A DNA stretch of 64,000 bases from Raillietiella orientalis (taxonomy: Eukaryota): the NCBI GenBank assembly GCA_036172245.1, contig JAYWIR010000042.1, forward strand, positions 1,116,001 to 1,180,000, given 5' to 3'. The notes below the pieces were generated by a model. That model had not been told where the DNA came from. It saw only the letters and a program-made list of their open reading frames with translations, and ran no database searches. The position numbers and the translations under genes are program-made. Positions 37,601 to 48,699 of this stretch are shown in pieces (within the stretch, counting starts at the first letter, position 1; every line of letters begins with the position of its first letter).

Positions 37601-39484
37601 TGCCCGCGCGCGACATCCAGCCCTACGAGCGCGCGCGGCCCAACAACCCTGATTCCAGGCCCTCGGGCACCTTCCTGCCCCTCTCGCGCGGGACAAGCAA
37701 TTCCCCCTTCCCTCCTCCTCCTCGAAGAGGAGAGTTCCCGCCATATCCTCGTTCTTCCTTTTCAGGGATGTTGCGTGGCGGTGCTCTTCTGCTTCTGCAA
37801 CGGCGAGGTAGGTCGTCCGCAAGACCTTCCCCCATTCCCTCCCCGCACCGGAGGAAGCCTCCAAGAAAAGATCCCCTTCCTCCTCCTCCTTCCCAGAGTC
37901 GCAGACTCCTTGACAGGGAGATGCAAACCGCGACCGAATCGAGAGACCCCTCGCTCCTGTGCGCATTGCCCGGCGGGAGAGGGACTGCCGTCTCCCGGAG
38001 GTTCGTGGACTTGGATTGCTCTCCCTCCCTTCCGGCGTTCGCCGTGGCAACGGGTGCCCTTTAACTGCCATCTTTTGTATGGGCGGTTCTGGGCACGCAG
38101 GATGACGCCGCTGCTGCCCTTCCTCCAGGAGCTTGGCCTCCCTGGAGACTCGCGTCCAAATACCTCTCGAGCACGCGCGAACCTTACCCCTTGCCTCCAG
38201 AACAGGCGGGGATCATCCGCGCTAGACTTCCTCAACTCGTCCCTTGGCCTCCTTCCCGTGCCCCTGAGGGGCCGCGCATCGGGAGAGTGTCCCCTTCCGC
38301 CGTCGCCACTGCTGCCGCCTTCGGGACGGGCAGCGAGTACGGAGAGGTTCCTGGGTGGGTGAGCGGCATCCCGGAAGCCCTGAAGGGGAGACGTGAGGAC
38401 GGGGAACCGCGCCTCTGTTCCCCCGGAGCCTCCTCCTTCCCAGAGATGACTTAGAAGCTTCTGTTCTCTAGGACCGTCGCCTCTGGCGGTGGCGGGGCGG
38501 GGACATCTCGCAGCGAGAGTCAAGAAGCGTCGGGGCGCCCGTTCCGGATCTGCCCGAGAAGTTCGGCCGGCCACGTGGTTCTCGTGGTGCGCTGCTCTGC
38601 ATGGAGCCTAGTCTTACCGTCGGGCCTTCCCAGAGGGCAGGGGGGTGCTCACAGCAGGCGGGCGCGAGCGGGGTGCAAGGCGGAGGAGGAAGGGGGAGGC
38701 AGGCTGCGTCATGCGGGTGGCAAACAAGGAGCACATCTCGTCAGCGTCCCCTTTGGGGGGAGAAGGAGGAAGTGAAGCCCCGCGGGGAGGAGATGGCAAA
38801 AATAATGGGCCGTCTCGAGGTAGCCGTGGTCCAATCACCAGGGTCTTCGTGTCCACGTCCGCGGGCGCCTTTGCCCCCTCCCTCTTCCCCTCTCTCTCTC
38901 GTCCTTCTTCCCGCGCGCTCACCCTCCCCTCCCCTTCCCACCTTGGATTCCGCAGCGCTCCAAGGGATGGTGGTCAGGGAGGTTCCCATGCAGCGCGCAC
39001 TGCACCTCCCTCGATGCTTCTCCTTCCCTTCCCTTCCTTGCCGGCTCGTGCGCGATGAGTCCTCAAGCCGTCGCTGCTTCCAGGTCCATTCCGTCCTGAA
39101 GATGAAGCTGAACCGGTACGGCATCCTATAGCCTGGGGGCCCTTCGGGCGTGTGACGCTTGCCAGAAATACACCGGGCTTGCAGAGCAGAGCAGAGGGAG
39201 GCAGGGATAGGAGGTCGCGGTCTGTCTCTTTCGACCGGTCCCGCTGCCCGTCCGGGTGCGCGTGGACGCTGCCACCGTCGACCCCGCTGCCGTCCTCCCT
39301 CTCCCCCCTTCCTCCCCGGATTCGCGCCACCCGGAGGACCTCCGAGAAGGGGTTGCAGGAAGCGGCGCCCGACCAGCGTGCCCGACCACAGGAAGAAGTC
39401 CCCCCACGTGCAGGGCAGGCAGGGTACGGAGAGGGCGAACCCGAAGGAAGCGGCGAGGTCGCCCTTGCCTTTTCGGTCGGCTGA
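25534..39484 (+). CDS. Dh31-R: Class B1 (secretin-family) GPCR, calcitonin/CGRP/diuretic hormone 31 receptor-like; spliced gene
   Basis: Exons join in frame: 25534-25657, 34178-34294, 34432-34538, 35357-35448, 36390-36516, 36873-37093, 37166-37460, 37766-37807, then 39084-39131 (390 aa) or 39084-39115 + 39166-39484 (491 aa). Six-Cys hormone-binding ectodomain (C..YCPGVFDGVLCW..QPCP..CQENGTW..WTNYTEC). 7TM motifs RSLDCTRIRIHKNLF, NFSWMFCEGLHLH, GWVLP, CW, NLFFLINIVRLLVTKL, RAVKATLILIPLLGL, SFQGCCVAVLFCFCNGEV. Family is secure; exact orthology, start codon and final exon are less certain. Confidence 0.9.
26364..26800 (-). mobile_element. L1/Tx1-like relic of a second family: zinc knuckle and C-terminus
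   Basis: (R)KACGAEERQLHVFTCPALRPDW at 26755-26687, then one frameshift into LTTLSLFIKAIVIRRAK...stop 26364. Confidence 0.65.
30785..31002. repeat. Compound (ATC/TTC)n low-complexity tract
   Basis: Alternating runs of atc and ttc with in-register interruptions. Confidence 0.9.
31599..31641. repeat. (GA)n / (GAAA)n microsatellite
   Basis: gagagagagagagagagagaga followed by gaaagaaagaaagaagg. Confidence 0.9.
33810..33915 (-). mobile_element. Short LINE C-terminal fragment
   Basis: ggacgctggcaggttcc...ggtcctccgggaag..gggtggacggcg matches 46357-46445. Confidence 0.45.
34178..34294 (+). CDS. Dh31-R: GPCR ectodomain exon
   Basis: DHLLYCPGVFDGVLCWNRTLAGTVASQPCPDFVVGYQPS; ttccag acceptor; non-canonical CAG|GCAAGC donor. 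Confidence 0.9.
34432..34538 (+). CDS. Dh31-R: GPCR ectodomain exon
   Basis: EFSRKLCQENGTWFHHPQTGLEWTNYTECVDLDDFH; aag acceptor after a pyrimidine tract, GTAATC donor. Confidence 0.9.
35357..35448 (+). CDS. Dh31-R: GPCR TM1 exon
   Basis: QRMRILAVYVTGYSISLAALVISMVIFTSFR; tttcag acceptor, AG|GTAAGT donor. Confidence 0.92.
35720..36110 (-). mobile_element. L1/Tx1-like relic in a GPCR intron, post-RT region
   Basis: cactctggagaggtatcgatccaccagctccactatacgagatggagg matches cactctggataggcagcaatccaccagctccatggtacgagatggagg at ~47645. Confidence 0.68.
36390..36516 (+). CDS. Dh31-R: GPCR ICL1-TM2 exon
   Basis: SLDCTRIRIHKNLFCSFIMNNAGWIVTYKCVVENPAVIRENG; ttgcag acceptor, GTGAGA donor. Confidence 0.93.
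36873..37093 (+). CDS. Dh31-R: GPCR TM3-TM4 exon
   Basis: FPCQVLHVLLHFFMVSNFSWMFCEGLHLHLVLV...GWVLPSLIIVAYSTVRAF; cgcag acceptor, GTGAGT donor. Confidence 0.93.
37166..37460 (+). CDS. Dh31-R: GPCR ECL2-TM5-TM6-TM7 exon
   Basis: CWLNECRSTYILSFFVISSMVTNLFFLINIVRLLVTKLK...RAVKATLILIPLLGLYYMLLPFRP...SAIVTSFQ; ttacag acceptor, GTGAGC donor. Confidence 0.93.
37766..37807 (+). CDS. Dh31-R: GPCR TM7 42-nt exon
   Basis: GCCVAVLFCFCNGE, the 14-codon exon typical of class B1 receptors; tttcag acceptor, GTAGGT donor. Confidence 0.92.
39084..39131 (+). CDS. Dh31-R: GPCR helix-8 exon (may splice at 39115 to a tail exon 39166-39484)
   Basis: ttccag|VHSVLKMKLNR completes the NGEV motif and helix 8; read-through gives RYGIL-stop. 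Confidence 0.75.
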   Translation, partial: VHSVLKMKLNRYGIL

Positions 39485-40224
39485 CCGCTCAGGGGATGGG
39501 TTGGAGCGGTCGGCAGGCCGGGACGCTACTTCTCTCCTCACACCCAAGGGTGGGGTGGGGTGGGGGGGTGGCAGAGTGGCAGATGGGAAAAAGGCCCCGT
39601 CGTCCACCAAGATGAGAAGCCGCTCTGCCCCTGTGTGTTTCTTCTTCTTCTCTTTATTGCTGCCGGAGTTCAGCGGGCTCGAGCGCGCGGGAGGGCAGGA
39701 TCTCCGAAAAGGCGAGTGCCGTCAGCTACGAACATCGCTGTGACCCTCAGGCACCCGACGGGAGTCCCCGTCTGGGAGCTGGACCTGTCGGCAGCGGATC
39801 AAGAGGGCTCGCTTGGCCGCTTCCCAGGGAGAGTGGCGAGGAGGCGCAGCAGGCCGGAGGAGAAGACCGCCCGCTCCCGCCACGTCCCTTCCCTAGTGAC
39901 GCCACGGAACCCGCCACGCTCTCCTCCCCAGATGATGATGCTCGCCCTGGCACAACGCTCTTCCCTCTCCAGACCGTTGCGCCAAGCGATCCGGCGAAAC
40001 CGCCCGATTCTCCCCCTCCCCGCTTCCTTCTTCCAGAGGTTGTCGTCGGCGCTGCAAGGAGCCTCTCTGCAGGAACAGGGGAAGAGGGAAGAGAATATGA
40101 AAAAATACAGAAGGTCTTTTGCAGCTGGGTTGCTCCCCTGTGCAGGGCATGGAAGCAGAGGGTAATTGCAGAATCCTGAGATTCCCTTGGAGTGCCGGCA
40201 ACGCTTGGTCGGATCAAGAGGCTG

Positions 40225-40680
40225 TCAGAGTGATCCACATGGACCAGAGAGCACGACTGGAGAAAGTTTCCAGGGGTTCTCATTGACCTTCTTCACTGCT
40301 GAACTGGGGAATCGACGATGGTATACCGGAAGGGAGTTCGAATGTCCTCCCAGAGGGGGGAGATCCGATCTGGAATTGGCATCCATTTGTCCTGCCTCCA
40401 CCCTGTCGCCTTCCTCCACAAGACTTCTCGGCACATCAACGGCAGCCATCTGCAGTCAGTCCCGGATGGCGAAACTTCTATCCTGGAAGACAGACGGACT
40501 CCTTGCCTCCCAGACCACAGACTACAATGGAACCACGAAGTAGCGCGCGGAGCTGCGAATCTTTTGCTGACATTTCGCGAATCCTTCGCAGCTCAAGGGA
40601 ATCTGGACCTTAGGAAACCCTCCATGGTGTCTCTGTCTGCGGATGGGGCCGTCTTTAGGGAGGGGAGGAAGGATCTACTC
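40225..40680 (-). mobile_element. Decayed LINE endonuclease C-terminal fragment
   Basis: NSRSD...FPSSAV...PWKLSPVVL resembles SRID...SDH...WKLNxxLL of L1/Tx1 APE domains. Confidence 0.45.
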
Positions 40681-42859
40681 CCGGCGACTACAGTGGTCTA
40701 GTTAAGAAGCAGAGGGCACGTTGTTCCTTTCATCGTGCCTCTGTTGACCTCCTGCATCGGAAGGTGAATAACTGGCCAAGACCTGCCCCGAGTGTCTTTC
40801 CCAGTCTCGCTCTGCGTGGAATTGGGGTGAGTGTGTTGGTTGGATGGTGGGGACGGTACAGAAGGAAGTTCGTGGGTATCGCGGCGGACGCTTTCCAGAT
40901 CTGCCGGCTCCTAAGGTTTCTTTATGGATAGTGAGCGCTCCCTGAACAAGAACCCACGGCAACCATTTCGCTTTTGCCACGTTTTCGGCCAATGAGAAAA
41001 CGACGCCTTTCATCCTCCCCCTGCCCTCCCTCCGGGTCACTGCCTCTACCCTTCCAGAAGGCTCTGGTGGTGGTGGAGGTAGTGGACGTGTTCCCTCCAG
41101 AGGCCCCAGGACTCAGCCATAGCCGCCTCTGGTCCAGGGTTGATGCTGGACAGAGGTATCCTACCCTGTCTCCTCCGAGCAGAATTTCGCAAGTCCTTTA
41201 AGGAGAAAGGGAGGGGGTAAGGGGGATGAACTGAGCGGTTGCCTCGTCTGTCGCGCGCATGGTCCGAATCTCCGGGACACGGGGCGAGAGCGCTCCCCAG
41301 ACGAGCCAAGCCGGCAAACGACTCCTCCAAGAGCGCCTCGAGGTCTCCCGGAACAAGGGCAAGGCCTCCTTTCGTACTCTCCCGATCAGCGCCTGCGCTT
41401 CTATTTTTCTCCCTCTCGAGACGGTAGCACCACGGAGGCTAGAGATTTTCCTTCCTCCTGCTTCTTCTGAAGAGTCATACAGTACGCATAGAGGCGCTCC
41501 ATTTCCGTTTCGCGTGGTTCTTGAGCTTCGGAGGCAAAGGAGAGAGCAGGTCTGCTGTTGCAATGAGCAACCGCGGGACCCTCCCCATCTCGTTCTACGC
41601 TCAGGAAGACCAGACGTTCCGCCTTCGCAGTCCACCAAGGAGCGTTTCCTGTAGGAAAAGCCCTCTTATCGATCCGACCACGCGTCCGAATGCGATCGGG
41701 CTGATGCAGAGGAGGTCATGACCTCGATTCTCCCCCATGGAAAGCGGAATCACGTCTCTGGAAAGATCGCTTTTCCCAGCAGGTTTCAGGAAAAGAATGA
41801 GGAAAGAGCGCCTGCGAGCCGATGGCGGCAACGGTGAGAGGAATTTGCATGTCCACGGGGAAAGCGATTGGACAGGGATCACTCCCCGTAGATGGATTCG
41901 TTGTCTTCGAGTTCCTCCCCAAGTTCTTGTCCACCTGATCCGTCCGTTTTGGCTCCTCAGGCTCTCTCTTGGCTCATCTCCTCGGTCACATCCCCATTCG
42001 CAGTCCGGAAAGCCCTCTCCACCTCGCGCGAGCCCCAGCAAAGGTAGGAGAGACGCCCGTGAGACAGAAAACGCACAAAGCCGGCGAGTACGAGAAAAAT
42101 CAGGGAAGCATCGCACCGCGCGGGAAGGGGAGAACGTCCACTTAGCGTTGGTCGAGGAGGGATTCAGGAAGGAAAGCGCCAGACTCCTCGATTCAGCAAA
42201 AATTCCTGAAAAGTGAAGGAGGCTCCGCTGCCAAGGTGCACCGGGGTGAACAGAGCGCCATGGCAACGGACCTTCAGAGATGCGTAGGAGGGTTGGCGGA
42301 GATGACTCTGTGGTGTGGCTTTGGCCTTCCTCGTCGTCGCAGGTGGTGGCTATCCTGGTTCCACCTACTAGAGACGTTGTGGATTATTTGCTCTCGAATC
42401 CTGATAAAGTCTGAAACCCACGAATCAGCAGTGAAAGTTCTCCATTTTGTTTTTGTTTTTTTCTTTTGTGTTCTGGTTCTTCGATTCTTGCATTCAGTTG
42501 TCTTCTTGTCTTTCGCTCTTACGTCTCCGATGTCGACCTGCACGGCATGTCGGTGCTGTATGGTATTCTAGATGTGGGGAATGTTCCTCCCACAGAAGGA
42601 GGAAGCAAACGGACAGGCCTTTGCCTACTGGCGATTTGTGGAATGCGAACAAACAGCAGTAGGGAAATCGCATGAATGCGAGGAAACGTCAGTCCGCTTC
42701 CCGGGAATCCCGCCGCCCGCCTTATGAGAATGGGCGAGGCAAAAATAACGGAAGAAGCGTTCCATACACAAACGCGGAACAAAATGGTACTCTCCGGTAA
42801 TACAATGAAGTGCGTGATGCATGACGAATGGTGCATTAGCGGTGTCGGGGCTGTGCGTG

Positions 42860-43000
42860 CACACCCACCACTTGCGATTAGGCTCTGGAATCCCGTCTTT
42901 AGCCGTGCAGTGAGCACTCGGGGGAGAAGGTCTCCTCCGTCGTGGGAAATGAAGGGGAATACGAGGTACCTCATCTTCGGGAACAGGCGATGCCACTTGG
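42860..43000 (-). mobile_element. Decayed LINE RT fragment
   Basis: LFPK...LLPRVLTARLKTGFQSLI resembles LIPK...KILAKVLxxRLKxxLxxLI. Confidence 0.5.
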
Positions 43001-44329
43001 CGACATAAAAGTTGTCTCTTGAAGAATACGTGGCGGATCTCACGCGCGTCTTCGCAGATTCCAGTAATCATCGAATCATTACGCGACGGATGCTGGTGGC
43101 CAGCTCTGCGCAGAAATTTTCGCCATGGGGACGAGGGCTGCAAGCCGGGCGATTTTCTCGCCCGCTCGCAATCTGGAAAGCAGAGCCGGTGACTACGAAG
43201 TGGTCCGCCGCCTGCGCTTTTTTCCTTTCAGGTTTCGTTCCAAATGTGGCTGCTGATAACTAGCATTGTCTGAAGGAAGCTCGCAAGTTTCTTTCGCATC
43301 AAGATGTCACTCCTGATTCGAAAATTCGGAAATCTCTGGAAAGTTCATCCTCTTCCACTAAGAATTCCATTTTGGCGCTGAACGAGCAAAGAGGATTTTG
43401 GGTTCTGAATGGCATGCTCAGTGACAAAGAAAGCAAAAAAAAAAAAGGAAAGCATCTGACAGGAATGCTAATAAAGGAAGACAGTAAAGAAAAGATCCAG
43501 TTCGTGGAACTTTCTTTATTTTGATCCCGACATCTCACTGCTATCTCGCTTTGTCGATTTTTTCTCTCTCTCCGAAGACTCATCTCACTGCTCTGAGATT
43601 GCTTGCACCTTCCCCTTTCTTGGAGAGGCGTGCCTGATCCATTAAATTGTCTTCGTTTTCCAAAATGATCGACCAAAAAAAAAAAAAGAAAAAAATCGGA
43701 TTCATGCTGGTTTCCTCTTCCTGGTCGACAGAAGAGATGAATTCGCTCTCACCGGTTTCAGTCACCTTCAACGGAGACTTCTCCGCAAAATTTCGCACTT
43801 ATGTGCCTCTGGAACACAAGTTAGGATTAATCATACGTGGACAGATCTGCATGGACACGAAAAAAGAGATGAAGGAAATAAGCAAAAGAAGGAATGAAAG
43901 AAAGAGCAGTCGATTCGTTCGGGCTTCACCCAAGAGAGCGGAATCACGTGATGACCTATTTCTTGGGGACGCACTTTTTTTTCGGTTAGGGGACTGCCCC
44001 TTAGCAGCAGCATCCGGTGATTCCCGGATTCCAATCTACCTTGATGACTTTCCCTATCGCTGAAGCGTCCTGATGAAACTTTGCTCCTGCTCGTCACTTG
44101 TAGCTCCTGAATTCTCAAAGGAACAGTCCGGACGGGGATGCGGAGAGGGAGTTTTGCTCGACGTCGACGCTCGACGTCCTTAAGAACGTCCTTTCGCGGA
44201 CCGCCTTTTGGTGCTGCATCTCGCGTGTCGAGGTGAGCTCGTCAGCTCGCTTTGATCCTGTGCGAGCACACCCCTCTTCCTTTTTAATCAGGCGCTCCTC
44301 TTCCGTAGCCTCTCAGCTTTCCATTTTGA

Positions 44330-45560
44330 TAAACTCAGGCTGCATGCCAAAGTCTTCTAGAATCCTCTGATTCGATCAAGCAGAGATGCTTTTCCGCCGT
44401 CCTTTTCCACATCCCGATACGGATAGTGGAGGAAAAAGTTTCGGGCGTCAGTGGCAGCGTCCTTCCCGCCTTATTATGATCTCTGTTCCAGAACTTTGGG
44501 AAGAATGAGGACTGATGAGAGTGCCTGCGACACGTACCGTGGGTCAACAAAAGGAGAATGGGAGCGCGGAATTCGACAAGCCGGTATGCCTTTTCAGGAT
44601 GAAAACAGAATTGTCGACTTGGTTCCGAGAGACTGCTGGGAAAGGTGAAAAGTCCTCGGCCCGAGTCCCCAGTCCACATGGCAATTGGCGCAGGGAGTCC
44701 CAGTAGTCCCTGCCCTAGTTCCCCAATTTCGCGACCACTGTGGACATCTCTTGCGCAATTGCACATCTTCCTTCCACGCAACTAGGCTGCAAGCCATCCA
44801 CATGGGTAGGCAAACGTCCCCTGGATGATCGTCGACTCGCTTGTGGAGCTTTCGCGTCCCTTTGCGGGACTCCATCCCGCTCAGGCAGCAGCCATGCGCG
44901 CTCTTGAGCGGGAACCAGGTGCAACAAGAGCAAAGAGGAGTGTGTGCGTGTGTGTGCCCCGGGCTTCCGGCAGTTCAGGGTCAGGAGAGCGAGCTGCTCG
45001 TCGACCTGACACCACGAACAGCCGTTGCCACTTCCAGCTGCAAAAAAACAGGATGACGTTGGATCAGCGACGTGAGAGTCGGCACGCGGCGACTGAGGAG
45101 CTGAAGAGCACGTTTCCGAAATCTCTAGGGGAGCCATCGCTCGAGGTCTCGTTTCAGCCGGTGGAGCATAAGGACCCGAAGAGCACCCGTCGTTTCCCAG
45201 GATGCTTTGCCACAGAAAGGTTGCAATGCCATCGGTGCCTCGACGGAAGATTAGGGACCTTCGCTGTTACGTCCATTCCTCACTCCCTTTTTTTTTCCGA
45301 GGGTAGAAAGCAACGTACTTTTGAATAAACACGCACGTTTGAACGGAAAGAGGATGGTTCCCAAGGGGTAACACTCCCCAAGGAGCATGCGCACTCTTTC
45401 CTGTAGAAATTCCACGTGAGCTGATAGCGGTACAGGCTGTCGCGTTGCTAGGAGCAGCAATGACTCCGCTCGTCTCCGAACTTCGCAGTGCAGAATTGTT
45501 CCTTCCTTCGAACTGGCAGGCCGGCCATGGCCCAGTCCCCTTCCTCTCAAGAAACGCCTC
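44330..45560 (-). mobile_element. Decayed L1/Tx1-like RT relic
   Basis: gcccgagtcccc.gtcca shared with ~7008; degenerate collinear RT motifs (LLLLA..HVEFL..LLG, GCS, WTG/GLGPR). Confidence 0.55.
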
Positions 45561-46099
45561 CACCCGCGAAGGTCACTTCGCCCTGCACGCGTCTTGACTG
45601 CCGTCGATACCATGGCAGCGAGCGAACCGAGCCTCTCTCCTGAGGGAGAAGCACGTCTTTCGCGGGGGACATTAGCGGGGCGCGGACGTCGCGAGGCTGG
45701 CGGTTCCGGCGACGTGACCACCGCATCCCGAGCATCCTCCCGGGATCGAACCGTCCAGAAAAACCTGCGCACCGCCCACCCGACGCGCCGCACCTTCCGC
45801 ACTCTTCTCGCTTCTCAGCTGCCTCGACCCCTAAGGGAAGGCGAAGGAGCTCCCCGGAACCTTGGAGCTTTGCTGGGTGGGTGCTGAGGAAGGGAGGTGT
45901 CAAACGGCCGAATGCTCCTTCTCGCAGAAACCTTGGGAGCTGCCATCGATGGGCGAGACTGTGCTGGGATGCCCGAAGCGCTCTCGAGAGCACAGCAACA
46001 CCCCGCCCGCGTGTGCACTTCAAGAGTCAATTTGAGGGCCGGTGCGACCTCTCGGGGGGATCGTTACTGCTGGCCTTGGACGGTCATCATCCAGTTATG

Positions 46100-47130
46100 A
46101 GCGGGAACTTAGTACATAAGGTAATGGATTTGTGTGGTAGATCACGTGGTTCTACCTCGTGCAACGAACCTGCCGAAGAGTGGTGCACAGACCGCCGAGG
46201 TCCCCCTTCGGCAGCGTGGGGGAAAGGAATACAGAAAACAAACAAAAAAAATAAACAAGCAAAACAGGAGAGGGGAAATTTTAAACGGGAAGGGGGGGGG
46301 GGATAAACTGAGGAGGGATCACAGTACGCTGCCCTGCGTTCTCTGTATCCTGTCCAGGATGCTGGCAAGTTCCGTCCGTGTGCCGCCCAGGTGGGGCCAT
46401 CTCGAGGCGATCCTCAGGAATATCCACGCCCGGTGGATGGCGTCCCATTTTGGAGTTCTTCTGGCGTTCCAGGCCGCCGCGATCCCGCGAAGACAGCTGG
46501 GAACCGCAAGGGACGCGGCTGGCGGCAGTGAGGCGCGCACGAAAAGACGTCTGAAAATGTCCTTGGGGTCGCCCACAGGGAATCCTAAGGTCGTCACGAG
46601 GCGATCCCAAGGGAGTCAGAGGGCAGCATAGTCCAATAGCAGGTGCAGGAAGGTCTCTTTCTTCTTGCACCTGGAGCACCGAGTGCCCACGCTCCCTCCC
46701 CCCTTCCGTGTCTAGTAGCGAAGGCGCACTTTGCACGGGATTCCCCAGTGCACCATCAGCAACGGCAACTCCCGCTACTGTTCCAGAGCGCTGGGGGCCA
46801 CTTTACACCCTCTGGAGAGATACGGAGCAGCTCTCCCTGACGTAGAAGTCCCTGGGGTGAGACACCCAGGGTCGCAGCATCCGTGAACTCCTGAGTTGCC
46901 TACGTCTCCAGAAGTTTAGCTTTTGCCGCTATGCAGCACGTCGTTTCCCACCATGCCGGTATCACGCTGTTCCTTGCGGCCCTCAGGGAGGGCAGCACCG
47001 GGGCAAGGTTGGTGGACGAGGTCCACAGCATCTTCCGCGACGACTTGAGAGTGTGGATGCCTAGCTGACGGCAGGCGCACCCCGCCTCGCCCGCGCCTTG
47101 GATCATTCCCCATGCGGAGACCTACTCCTG
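46100..47130 (-). mobile_element. L1/Tx1-clade non-LTR retrotransposon relic: ORF2 C-terminus and 3' UTR
   Basis: Zinc knuckle CSRCKKKETFLHLLLD(Y)AAL*LPW (last Cys mutated, in-frame TGA); upstream GGVRLP motif; C-terminus DAIHRAWIFLRIASRWPHLG-stop 46319; U-rich tract and two hairpins. Confidence 0.85.
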
Positions 47131-47319
47131 AAGCCAGGCAGTGCGGTTGGTGGGGGATCAGGAGATCCAGGTGTTTTTTCTCCTCCTGGGATGAAGAAAA
47201 TGTCCTGTTTTCGCTGCTTTCCTTCCAGCTTTTTTTTTTTTTCCATTAGGGTTTTTTTTTTTTTTTTTGGTTTGCTGAGTACTCGAGAACATTTCGCCTA
47301 GGGGCTCGCGAAGCTCTTT

Positions 47320-47950
47320 GAAACCATCCCTGACACCCGAGGATGCGTGGAGCTCTTCATGTTACAGGTTACCCCTAGCAGGAATCACCCCACGAATCCA
47401 GGAAGGACTCATGGCCAAGAGCGAGTCCGTTCCTCCCGTGCTCAGGAGGGAAACCCGAAGGCAACCCCTTCCTCACTCTCCCTGGAGAGACCCCACAGAG
47501 GGGGCCGCCCCTCGTTCCTTTTACGACGGCTCCCTTCGGAGAGGAGAGCCGCTCCTTGTTTCCCCCTCTGGAGAGAACTCCGTAGGGATGCGTCCCAATA
47601 TTTCTGAAGAGGGCGCTTCCCGAAGAGAGTAGGGCGCTCCTTACACTCTGGATAGGCAGCAATCCACCAGCTCCATGGTACGAGATGGAGGCCTTTTCCC
47701 TCTTTCTTCTCCATCCCTGAGGGGAGAGACGGCTCCATTTTTACAACTGGAGGGGATCCCGAAGAGAGACGACTCTTTGATTCCTGGAAGGACCCCAGAG
47801 GGTTAACTCCCAATCTCGGACGGGGGGATCCGACTTGCACCAGTGCCGTCCCCAAACGAGCTAACCAGCATCATCCGCCAGGAGAGACACCAAACCCACG
47901 ACGCACCCTCCATTTCTCGGCATCTACCCTTCTCCCAGGGCGGGATTCGA
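47320..47950 (-). mobile_element. L1/Tx1-like relic, post-RT region
   Basis: DNA and peptide homology with 35720-36110 (PRLGV..GSFQ, SG.PPVV, ISY.GAGG..P.QS.RSAL). Confidence 0.65.
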
Positions 47951-48699
47951 ACCTTCGAACCCGCTGCGCGCGGGCCGACACACTCCCGCGCTGTCGGCCA
48001 CGTGGCTTCGGTCAACAGAGGTTTGGCCCGTTTCCGGTCGGGAATGCGAGATTCGGGGCTTCCGGACCACTCCGACGGTCGCGACGAGAAGGAGGCTCCT
48101 CCTCCCAGTGGACGATCGGTCTACAGGAAGACTGGGAGACAAGGCCACGGACGCAAGCCCGAAGGCGCCGCTTCCGTCGACTCGGGCGCTCGCGCGAACG
48201 AACCCTTCGCCTGCGGAAGACTGGAGATGCTTCCGACTGCACGATCCTCTCAACCTCACCATTGAAGCCCTCGGAGAAAATCCAGGCTTCGACAACCTGC
48301 GTGTCTCCCCCCCCCCCCTCCTTTCCCAGGGCTGGAACAGAGGGATGCGTTCCCGTGCCCGAGAGTGACGCGGGGAAGGGAGGCGAAGTGGTGCGAGCGA
48401 ACGTTCCAGGGTCATCGACTTCTGTTCCTGGAGCACAGCGGTTCCCCTTCCGACTCACGTGGAGTTCCGGGGAGCGTCCGCGAGATGTCAGATCTCCACT
48501 CTTCCGTCCCGCTTCCCTTCCCGCGCTTGCGCGCTGCTTCCTTCAATCCAGAGGGATTTGTTCCGATCTTTTCAACCGGAGAGGATGACGACGACGATGA
48601 TGATGTGTCTTGTCGTCGCTCATCTCACGGATCATCCCCACGATTGACCACAGGTGCAAAGGTGCTTCGTGCGATCGGGAACGACTCGAACGAGAATCC

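Noticed and set aside
14246..46214. HDV-like or hammerhead ribozyme identity for the 3' UTR hairpins
   Set aside because: acctcgccggt resembles HDV P3/L3, but the UCC and nested pseudoknot are missing, and there is no CUGANGA/GAAA core
47930..48010. tRNA B-box-like GGTTCGAATCCC on the minus strand (also at ~4330)
   Set aside because: No cloverleaf or convincing A box; the 47.9 kb instance lies at the edge of LINE-homologous sequence
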